Shown: positions 36,231-45,196 of the stretch, in pieces
Position numbering within the stretch: position 1 is the stretch's first letter
How the letters are laid out: every line of letters starts with the position of its first letter
DNA from: Podarcis vaucheri
Taxonomy: Eukaryota
Direction: 5' to 3' (one strand)
Assembly (NCBI GenBank): GCA_965113315.1
Contig: OZ220373.1
Length of the DNA: 64,000 nucleotides
Program-made: the position numbers and the translations under genes
The notes under the pieces: model-generated
Seen by the model: the letters and a program-made list of their open reading frames with translations, nothing else
The model's database searches: none
What the model was told of the DNA's origin: nothing

Positions 36231-36248
36231 TGGTGCCCCGTGTGACTG
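36231..36248 (+). promoter_or_regulatory. Primer binding site, elongator tRNA-Met type
   Basis: TGGTGCCCCGTGTGA, 2 nt after the LTR, is complementary to the last 15 nt of vertebrate elongator tRNA-Met (...TCACACGGGGCACCA). Confidence 0.85.
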
Positions 36249-36583
36249 CCTTCGGACTTCACGTTGTTTTTCATTATTCAGCACTCACCAACACGTCGTT
36301 CATCCACGTAGTGGATCCCTGGTGAGTGCTCCCGTGTGATTTCTTTTGGATTTCATGCTGTTAAACAACGTTCAGCCTCACCTCGCCTGGCAAGGGCTGC
36401 AGACGCGTCGTTCATCCACGTAGTGGATCCCTGGTGAGAGCTCCCGTGTGAATGTGATTCTGGACTACGTTACGGACTTATCAGCACTTACTTCCGCCCG
36501 GACAGGGCAAAAAGGCGCCTCCCTCATCCTCCTAAGGATCCCTCCGGTAAGTGCTCCCTGCTCTTTTTGCAACTCTTGCAATC

Positions 36584-37639
36584 ATGGGAAAGTCTCTCTC
36601 TGCACCACAGAAAAAATTTTTTAAAGACCTTAAATTCCTTTTGGCCAGTAACAACCTTGCTGTTCGGAAAGCTGACCTTAAGTCCCTTATAAAAGCCCTG
36701 GACACTCACTGCCCCTGGTTCCCCCAGGACGGAAATTGGGAGTTAGACGATTGGAAAAAAATTGGACGCTTCTTTCAAAATCATCCTCAGATTGATGTCA
36801 AGGTTTTGCATGCCTGGAGTAACGTCTACAAAGCTATGTCGTGTTTAACTCCTTCAAACATTCTTCTGGCTGCTGCAACAGCTTCTTCGCCCGCCCTCCC
36901 CGCTCCCGCTTTGCCTGCCTCAAACCTACCTCCTAAACCGCCGGACATTTTCCCTTCGGCTCCTCCTGTCACTCCCCTGCATTCTCCAAATTCTGCAGCA
37001 CTCCCAGCTCTCCCACCTCCTCCGCCCAAGGCATTTGGCACCGCTCCTACAATTCCTCTTCAAAGATCTCTCTGTGCCACCGCTCCGTTGCTGCCTTTTG
37101 ATTCTGATACTCCAAATCTCTTTCCTGTGATTGCTCCTGCACCCTCAGCCCCCGTCATGCTGAGCCAAACCGATGTTCTCGATGGGCTGACGGGAGGAGG
37201 AAATTTTCTTCCTATTGCCCAACAGTTGGTCCTTGATCCTATGTATTGGGCAGCCACCACAGCCTCAGCTCAGGAGGCTTTGGCCTCTGTCCCTGATGAC
37301 AAGAATGAGCGCAATAGCCGATTGGGGAGCGTCAGACAGGGCCCTACAAAGCTCTATGGACAATTTGTTGATCGCTTGTATAATACCTTCAAGTGGCAAG
37401 TTCAGGACCTGGCAGCACAAGAACCGATTGTACGCCAGCTTGTGTTTGATAATTCAAATGAGCACTGTACGCAAGAGCTGCGCCTTCTAATGGCAACATC
37501 AAATATAGCCATTGCTGATATGCTTAAAGCCTGCCAGTCAGTGGGCACTGCTAGCCACAGCCTGCTAGCCACGGCCTTGTCCTCCACCGTGTCCCAAATT
37601 CCTGCAAAGGCTACAACCTGTTGGATTGACAGTGGCTAA
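36584..37639 (+). CDS. gag: Betaretrovirus-like Gag, internally deleted but open (351 aa)
   Basis: Myristoylation start MGKSLS, beta-type matrix motif CPWFPQDG, two PSAP late-domain motifs, MHR-like VRQGPTKLYGQFVDRL. Ends at the first Cys of NC. Confidence 0.88.
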   Translation: MGKSLSAPQKKFFKDLKFLLASNNLAVRKADLKSLIKALDTHCPWFPQDGNWELDDWKKIGRFFQNHPQIDVKVLHAWSNVYKAMSCLTPSNILLAAATASSPALPAPALPASNLPPKPPDIFPSAPPVTPLHSPNSAALPALPPPPPKAFGTAPTIPLQRSLCATAPLLPFDSDTPNLFPVIAPAPSAPVMLSQTDVLDGLTGGGNFLPIAQQLVLDPMYWAATTASAQEALASVPDDKNERNSRLGSVRQGPTKLYGQFVDRLYNTFKWQVQDLAAQEPIVRQLVFDNSNEHCTQELRLLMATSNIAIADMLKACQSVGTASHSLLATALSSTVSQIPAKATTCWIDSG

Positions 37640-37934
37640 GGAAAGAATCCAGCGGACTTTACGCATTACGTACCTGGGACACAAGCTGACACCATCTGCA
37701 GCCATTCCAGTTACGCCTCAACTACAGTTTCCTGATCATCTTAAACTGGTGGATTTACAACAAATCCTTGGACAGCTGAATTGGATAAAGAGTTATTTGG
37801 ACCTGCCCACCTCTACTTTGTCTCCACTATTTTCTGCCCTTAAAGGACATAAGGATCCAGCGGACAAGATCACAATCACCTTTGCAATGGAAGAGGCTCT
37901 TCCACAGCTGTTCCAGTGTTTCCTGGCACGCTGA
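37623..37934 (+). pseudogene. pol: pol remnant: RT thumb region only
   Basis: GLTVAKERIQ...YLGHKL...LVDLQQILGQLNWIKSYL...LSPLFSALKG resembles class II RT thumbs. No PR, YxDD, RNase H or IN seen. Confidence 0.85.
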
Positions 37935-38678
37935 AAGGCCATCTTCACCCCTACTGCATTGGCCCCCCTTTTCCCTGGGAAGCCACTTCAACCACCAAAC
38001 ATCATTACAGTTTTGCTGCCTCCTAATAGCAACCATCCCATCTGTGTCATCACGTTTCGTTGGGCTTGGACTTTTGACTCAGCAGTACAAGGAGCAATAC
38101 ATCAGACTTATTTACAGCAAATGGGCTCCTGTATCTGCAGAAATGGTTGTGTGACTTCTTCTGGATTGTGGTTTTTACATGCCAATAATTGAGCCACGAA
38201 ATATCACACAGGTTGCTCAGAAACAGCCATTGGACTAATTTACCATTCTCATCCTTATTGACATCACTTGGATTTTACCCCCCAGATATTTTTTTTCTTT
38301 CTCCTCCCTCAGGAGTCCTGCCCTATGATGTGTTTCCCTGAGCATGTACAGAGGGCTGTCTTGGCACTATTGTGGACTCTTGGCAAGGGAGGGGGTGAGG
38401 GAATTTCAGTGTGTTCCAGTTTGTTTCATTTTTGTGCTTTGGCATGGTTCCCGGACAGAAAGTTGCAATATGGTTCTTTAGCAAGGCCTGTGGAGACAAT
38501 GGGCTCTGTTTTCGACCTTGTTGCAATCTTTCAGTTACAGCAAGCGGAATATGCTTGGCTAGTGCCTTTTAGCTGCTGAGAAAAATGATTTTAAAAAGCT
38601 TCTCAAAGCTTTGAACCTTTTTTTTGGTGGTGGTATTCTAGCATTCCTATAAATGCTTTATATAAGATTAGCAATAAT

Positions 38679-39596
38679 ATGAAGGACAATCGCATAAGTT
38701 TACCTCCTGTATTTCTATTGCTTGTAGAATTAGCTCCTTATTGTTTTCATTTTAATCACAATAGCAAAATTTTTTTAGGTCATTATCCATATTGTAATTG
38801 GACATATGAATACATTAATGGATCTTCTTGTTTTCTTAATGTTACAACCATGAGTGGCAGACCAAAGGTTTTAATTAATAATGTCACAACTTACATGACC
38901 TATGAACAACAAGCTGCGTGTAGAGACTTTTATGTTTGGTTCGACTGGATGAGAAAGAGCAGCAGAACTACATGTTTGCTTCAATCTGATTTATGGTTAT
39001 TTTGTGGCACACGTGCCTACAAAGAAATCCCCTCTGCCTTTTCTGGTACCTGCACGTTAGGTATAGTAGTACCCTTGATATATAAAATAGATAAGCTCCC
39101 AGCGGTCCGTTTGCGTAACAGAAGGGAAGTACAATCACCTATTTCTCAATATACAGGGACAGCCATCTCTAGGTCCCTTCTGCCTTCTTTAGGTGCAGCC
39201 ATGAACTACCGTGATTTGCATAAATTGGCAAACTGGACAGAAAATTTGTTTAATTCCACCATTTTGGCTTTAAAAATGATTAACAAAGAAATGTCAGAAA
39301 TAAGAAATGTAGTTCTTCAACATCATTATGCTTTAGATGTGATCCTTGCTTCTAAAGGTGGAATTTGTGCCTTAATTCATTCTCATTGCTGTATGTATAT
39401 AACTGATCAATCGACCAATATCTCTGCTACTATTGATTATATGGAACAAATGATAGCCCATAATCCTTTGAATCCACCTGAAGGTTTTGATCCATGGGAT
39501 TGCTTATTTTCTTGGTTGCTGTCAGGGGTTCAGGAGCAGAGACGCAGAGAAGGGAGGAAACAGAGAGCGAGGGGGAGGAATACGAAGGAGGGATGA
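38679..39596 (+). CDS. env: Env ORF (305 aa): SU C-terminal part and TM ectodomain, ending inside the nested LTR
   Basis: WLFCG and CTLG motifs, furin site RNRR, fusion peptide, ISD-like VLQHHYALDVILASKGG, CX6CC (CALIHSHCC), several N-x-S/T sites. Confidence 0.88.
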   Translation: MKDNRISLPPVFLLLVELAPYCFHFNHNSKIFLGHYPYCNWTYEYINGSSCFLNVTTMSGRPKVLINNVTTYMTYEQQAACRDFYVWFDWMRKSSRTTCLLQSDLWLFCGTRAYKEIPSAFSGTCTLGIVVPLIYKIDKLPAVRLRNRREVQSPISQYTGTAISRSLLPSLGAAMNYRDLHKLANWTENLFNSTILALKMINKEMSEIRNVVLQHHYALDVILASKGGICALIHSHCCMYITDQSTNISATIDYMEQMIAHNPLNPPEGFDPWDCLFSWLLSGVQEQRRREGRKQRARGRNTKEG

Positions 39597-39918
39597 GTGG
39601 GGATGACGACCCGAGATCCCCGAGCCTGTCCAGTGAGTCCGGGGATTCCCAGAAGGGAGCGCCAGCGGTCAGAGCAAGGGGGGAGAGCAGGGGGAAACCC
39701 CAGGAAGAAGGACCCAGAGACGTTAAGGAGAGGCGCAGGAGGTGGAGCAAGGCTAGGGTATTAAGCTGGTGTGCTAGAGGCGGAAACTCAGACGGATCTT
39801 CGCCGGCCTGACATAGAAGACGTAGGGCTGCACATTGCAGTTTGAAAATGGAACCTGTATAACGTGAACGCTGGTAGCGTGGTCCTATGTGAGCTGGGAC
39901 TGGGTAGCAGCCCTGACA
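39520..39918. mobile_element. Solo LTR (399 bp, Gypsy-like) nested in env
   Basis: 8-bp terminal inverted repeat TGTCAGGG/CCCTGACA and 5-bp TSD GTTGC (39515-39519 and 39919-39923). Removing it restores the env frame. Confidence 0.9.
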
Positions 39919-39923
39919 GTTGC

Positions 39924-40135
39924 CTAATGGATTATGGTTAAGAAAAATATTGTTGATTGTAATTGCATGTATTGCTGGCTTCATTATGGTGTGTTGTTGC
40001 ATTCAATGCATACCCTCTTTGATTTCCCAATGCACTGCATGGTGGTACCGACCACGGCCCACCACAGGGGTTACAAGAGGAATTTATGTTGCAAAGTGTA
40101 GACGCTTAGGCAATGAAGTGTACGATTTGGAATGA
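39924..40135 (+). pseudogene. env: Displaced env membrane anchor and cytoplasmic tail
   Basis: (P)NGLWLRKILLIVIACIAGFIMVCCCIQCIPSL...EVYDLE*, in frame with FSWL once the insert is removed. Confidence 0.85.
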
Positions 40136-40161
40136 TGGTCCCTCTTTTCCTCTAATAATAT

Positions 40162-40179
40162 AAACAAGAAAAGGGGACA
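40162..40179 (+). other. Polypurine tract
   Basis: AAACAAGAAAAGGGGACA immediately before the 3' LTR. Confidence 0.85.
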
Positions 40180-40504
40180 TGTGGGAAAATGATTGCTTGT
40201 ACATGAGAGCATGAGCAAAGTTCTTATTGTTGCAGGGTGATTTCATAGCTAGAAGCATCCTTGGAGCATGAACAGCGCGTGAACAGCTCGTGCTGTCCTA
40301 TATGATTGGCTAACGTAGCATGGCCTGATGCTAGTGCGAAGGTCCTTATCTTCTGGCTTAGAACAAATTGCTTGCTTGTATTTTGTATCTTTCTGATTTC
40401 ACACAATAAAAGCTGTGCTGCATTAGCCCTATGAGCAGCCATATTTCGGAACCTATCATGGTGTGAGACTGATTTTTCTTTGGATGCCGAGCTGCAACTC
40501 GACA
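40180..40504 (+). repeat. ERV 3' LTR (325 bp)
   Basis: Copy of 35904-36228, AATAAA at 40405-40410. Confidence 0.96.
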
Positions 40505-41449
40505 AGTACCTTTCCCCCTTTAATATTTAAATAGCACAAGAGAAGTGTGTGCTATTGAGCTGTCATGTCTTAACTTATTTCAAAGTACAGTATTCCAATA
40601 AAAATAATTTTCAGGTGGATCTTGGAAAAGCAGACCGTAAAAGTAGAATAGAAAACTTCAATGAAAAGCAAGGGGGGAAAGACCTGACAGTGCAGGTAAA
40701 ACATAGCCATAGCAGCTATCCTTTAGGCTTCCTTTAATGGGTAGTTGAATCAAGGTAGCATTTAAAGGATAACATATTGGACTCTGTGTTTCTTCCCAAA
40801 GGAACCCATCATGATAAAAAATATAATCAGCTAAACACAATTATTACATTTCATAGAATCATAGGATTGCAGAGTCAGAAGGGACCCAAGAGTCATTCAA
40901 TCCAACCCCCTGCAATGCAGTGTATTTATTTCAACAATTTCATAGAATCATAGAGTTGGAAGGGACTCTGAGGATCATCCAGCCCAGTGTTTCCCAAAGT
41001 GGATGATACCCCCCCCTGGAGCGCACTGGGACGATCTGGGGGGCGGGGGCGGGCGGTAGTAGCCTCTGGATGGCAGGTTTCCCACTTCACTTTGTTCTGT
41101 TGTCCAAGATAGCCAAATTGTGAGCAACAGTATTCTGATACTGGGATTCATAACATTGCATGAATCCTTCATCAAAGTAAATATACACTCTTTAGAAATG
41201 AGGCTAATGATAAGCTGGAATATTATAGACAAAAGAGTTAAGTAAATATGGGGCTTAAAACATCACTGTAAATACAGAGTCATATTCTTGTTAAAAGGAA
41301 CCGAGAAGTTGTATTGAGGAAGTGTTTGATATAAATAGCTGGGCAGTCTACATTCACATATTTCACTCTAGCACCAGAACTCGTTTTTGAGGCATGTTCC
41401 AGGGGAGAAAGGTTTTTAGTCCCATAATTAGTCATAGTCATATCATAGT

Positions 41450-41607
41450 GGGACGTGGGTGGCGCTGTGGTCTGAACCACTGAGCCTCTTGGGTCTGAAT
41501 CCCTGTGGCGAGGTGAGCTCCCATTGCTCTGCAAGATGAGCACTGCAACCCCATAGTCGCCTTTAACTGGACATAACTGTCCCGGGGTCCTTTACCTTTT
41601 TACCTTT
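41450..41607 (+). mobile_element. Sauria-type SINE, internally deleted
   Basis: gggacgtgggtggcgctgtggtct head and (ACCTTT)n tail, homologous to 44567-44942. Confidence 0.75.
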
Positions 41608-41663
41608 CATAATTATATAAATATAAAAATATTTTCTTTTTTATATTTTATGATTCTTTGCAG

Positions 41664-41830
41664 TTCCCTGGAACTGGAACAGTGTTCTCTCCAAGTACTG
41701 GAGCCTGAAGGAAGTCCCAGCTGGAGTCTTCTTCAACTAATGGGAGAGAGAGGTTGCACTGTGTTGGAGCTGACAGAATTGCTGCAGGCCTTGGAACACA
41801 CTGAGGCACTTCAGTGCCTCAACCCCCCAA
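41664..41830 (+). CDS. MALT1: MALT1 exon 2 (death domain)
   Basis: ttgcag|T...A|gtgagt. SLELEQCSLQVLEPEGSPSWSLLQLMGERGCTV...EHTEALQCLNPP. Confidence 0.96.
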
Positions 41831-42165
41831 GTGAGTTTATGGTTCTGCTAAATCTGAGTTATGTGTTTTGTTGAAAATTTGGAAAGTGGCTTGGCTCTGC
41901 TGGTTCAGAACTTGGAAGGCTTCCAAAATATTGGAGGCTAAAATCATAACTGGGAGGGAAGGAAGGGAAAATGGTCAGCTTTCTCCTCTCATTTCCAGTT
42001 GCCTGTCTTTTTTGGAGCTATCAAAGTCCCTTCAGCTTTCTTCACCTGTTGGGAGGGAGACTTTAAAGGTCTACATGTGCAGACTCAGAGTCAGGCTACT
42101 TTTATGCTAAGTGCAACATTTTCCAGACTGGTAGCCACTTTAGTCTCTTGCAGCAAGAACAAATA

Positions 42166-42406
42166 CAGTGGTACCTTGGTTTATGAACTTAATCCATTCC
42201 GGAAGTCCGTTCTTAAACCGAAACCGTTCTTAAACCAAGGCGCGCTTTCCCTAATGAGGCTTCCCGCTGCCGGTGCCCTTCCACCATTTGGAATCCATTC
42301 TTAGACCGAGGTAAAATTCTCAAATCTGGACACTACTTCCTCTTTTGTGGAGTTCGTAAACCGAATCATTCATAAACAGGACTGTTCTTAAACCGAGGTA
42401 CCACTG
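42166..42406 (+). mobile_element. Tc1/mariner-type MITE (family B)
   Basis: TIR CAGTGGTACCT(T/C)GGTTTA. A partial second copy starts at 57318. Confidence 0.85.
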
Positions 42407-43309
42407 CACTGGCAAATATATTATGGAAGAAGCTTTTGTGGACCACAGTCCACCTCACTAGATTTAACATATGTAACCTGGCAATCCATGACCCAGTGTA
42501 CTTAGGGTATGCTAAAGACAAAATATAAAGCAGACTTTCAGAAGCCAGGGTTCTGATGCAGTGAGCTGCCACACAGGCAAATAAGTATTTAGGATGGGGT
42601 GGAATGACAGCTATACGAGTCACATGAAAAGTAAAGGTAACAGTATTGGCCCATAAGAAAAATCCCATGCATATCAGGGCAATACGTTTGTCAGGCCAAC
42701 CACAGTATCATGAAATAGTGTGCAGGCTTTTGAATTCTCCAGACCTCTTCATCATGCAAAACAAAAATGGTAAATAAGGCAGAGTGGGGGAGTTGGCTGC
42801 TGGTAAAGCCATGAGTCTGTGTCTTGAAAGAGTCTTAATACAGAATGTGGTAGGAAGTAGCATGCATGCAATTAGGCTCTTTTAGTTGGCACCATATCAG
42901 TGTAGCATCTTGCCTTAAGGTGTTGAGTTGGCTTTGTATGCAGTGACAGCAGTGTGTACTGGACCTCTGGTGTGAGAATCCATCACCTTTATTGGAGGTA
43001 CTGTAGAAACCCCTTGTTTTAGTCCAAGGCTGGTGCAGGATGCATGATGGACAGAAGGACATGGAACATCTCTCATGTGAATTTTGGCTCCACAAAGCTG
43101 TCTTTCTCTCTCCCTCCCTTTTTAATAATATAATTAATTATAATTATAATTTATTGCTTAGGGCTTTAAGGCCCCTCAAACTATTGAGATGTTATTGCAC
43201 CAACATTTTGGATTCATTTAAGGTTTCTGTATAATTTACCATTTAAACACCAAGTATCATAGAAAACACCTCCTTGTTGTAAAGTAACCAATGCTAGGCT
43301 TTCTAAATA

Positions 43310-43551
43310 CAGTGGTACCTTGGGTTACATACGCTTCAGGTTACATACGCTTCAGGTTACAGACTCCACTAACCCAGAAATAGTGCTTCAGGTTAAGAAC
43401 TTTGCTTCAGGATGAGAACAGAAATCGTGTTCCAGCGGCACGGCAGCAGCAGGAGGTCCCATTAGCTAAATTGGTGCTTCAGGTTAAGAACAGTTTCAGG
43501 TTAAGTACGGACCTCCAGAACGAATTAAGTACTTAACCCAAGGTACCACTG
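43310..43551 (+). mobile_element. Tc1/mariner-type MITE (family A)
   Basis: TA-flanked, TIR CAGTGGTACCTTGGGTTA. Confidence 0.88.
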
Positions 43552-44566
43552 TATTACCAGTTGAGTCTTAAAACAAGTTAAACATTGTCACGTTATCAGA
43601 AACCAGACATTAAAATCCGTTATCAATAACCAAATAAGAAAGAGAAATAAATAAAAAGTGGGCGGGGCAAAATCGCTTCCTTTCTTCTGTTAGATCACAT
43701 AAAGAAAAAATTGCAAAACGTTGCCATTCATAAAATTTCTTACTTTATATATTTCTTGTTTCAAATTAGTTGTTCTGTATGCGACTTCACATGCCTGTTT
43801 GGTATCATTTGTTTATATTTGGAAATAGAGTCAGATTAGAGGGGGGGAATGTGTCTGTGTATTTAGTAACACAAAAAATCAAATAGGATGTACAGATCAA
43901 TCAAAGGCAAATAAAAATCAAAGGCAATCAAAGGCAAATAAAAAAATAACTGTGACTGTGAATGAGTGAAGTACAGAGATTGTTTACATCTTCATCTTCA
44001 ATATTAAAAAGTAAATAAAACCGATGGGTCAGAATTTACATCTAAATGAAATCAGATCAAAAGCCATTTTAAAAGTAGAATTGGTTGGGGAAGAGGGCAG
44101 TCTGAAACATGAAGGCAGATGCCCCCTTCATAGCGATGCGTGAATCATGAATGGAATTTTATTTCACAACAGAATAAGATAGGTGTGCCATGCTGGTTGA
44201 TTACTTTAGCTATGTCAGTTCAAGCTACTCTGTACATCTGTGTACATCTGTACTCTGTGTACATCTGTACAAAGGATGTGGTTGTTTATCAGCCACAGAC
44301 CATGAAGGTGAATGTGGCTATAATGTTACCACTTTGCAGTAGTGCTGAATAAAAACAGGTACTCTCTGCTCCTTCTGAAAGTTCGCTAACAGCAATCCCA
44401 TCAAAATTCCAGGCAAATGAGAAATATATTACTTGCATATGTTGACATTGTAACCTTGACTGTGTAGAGAACAAATTGAATTTAATGACCATCTGCCAAT
44501 GCAATGTAGAGGTCAAAGTCTTCAGTGTTGTGATTTTATTCACCTTTATTGGCTTAAGGTCTTCGT

Positions 44567-44942
44567 TGGCGCTGTGGTCTAAACCACTGAGACTCTTGAG
44601 TGTGCCGATTGTAAGGTTGGCAGTTTGAATACCTGTGACGGGGTGAGTTCCCGATGCTCTGTCCCAGCTTCTGCCAACCTAGCAGTTCGAAAGTGAACCA
44701 GTGCAAGTAGATAAATAGGTACCGCTATGGCGGGAAGGTAAATGGCCTTTCCGTGCACTCTGGTTTCCGTCACAGTGTTCCATTGCGCCAGAAGTGGTTT
44801 AGTCATGCTTGCCACATGACCCGGAAAGCTGTCTGTGGACAAATGCTGGCTCTCTTGGCCTGAAGCAATATGAGTGCCACACCCCATAGTTACCTTTGAC
44901 TGGACTTAGCCATCCAGGGGTCCTTTACCTTTTACCTTACCT
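44567..44942 (+). mobile_element. Sauria-type SINE, near full length
   Basis: tggcgctgtggtctaaaccactga head, cagcttctgccaacctagcagttcgaaag core, ACCTTT-type tail. Confidence 0.85.
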
Positions 44943-45141
44943 AAAATATGGACAGTGTTCTCAGAATATTTTAATGGCATGCATAGAGATAAGAACCTAG
45001 TTAACTACCCTCTAGCCGTGATTCTTAAGTTCAAGCTAGCATGGCACGGCTCATATGACGTATGAATCCATAGTGAATGTTTAACTGCAGTTTACTGCAA
45101 ACAAGCAACAAACATGCAGCTTTAAAGTCTGTGATTCTGGC

Positions 45142-45147
<6 letters not shown>

Positions 45148-45196
<49 letters not shown>

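Larger units (their letters stand above)
35904..40504 (+). mobile_element. Defective endogenous retrovirus (beta-type gag/pol, CX6CC-type env), 4601 bp, in MALT1 intron 1
   Basis: Two TG...CA LTRs, 6-bp TSD AGTACC (35898-35903 and 40505-40510), PBS, gag, RT fragment, env, PPT. Confidence 0.96.

Noticed and set aside
35948-36274. Antisense ORF duplicated at 40224-40505
   Set aside because: It is just the LTR read backwards twice and neither copy starts with ATG. It is useful only as evidence of LTR identity
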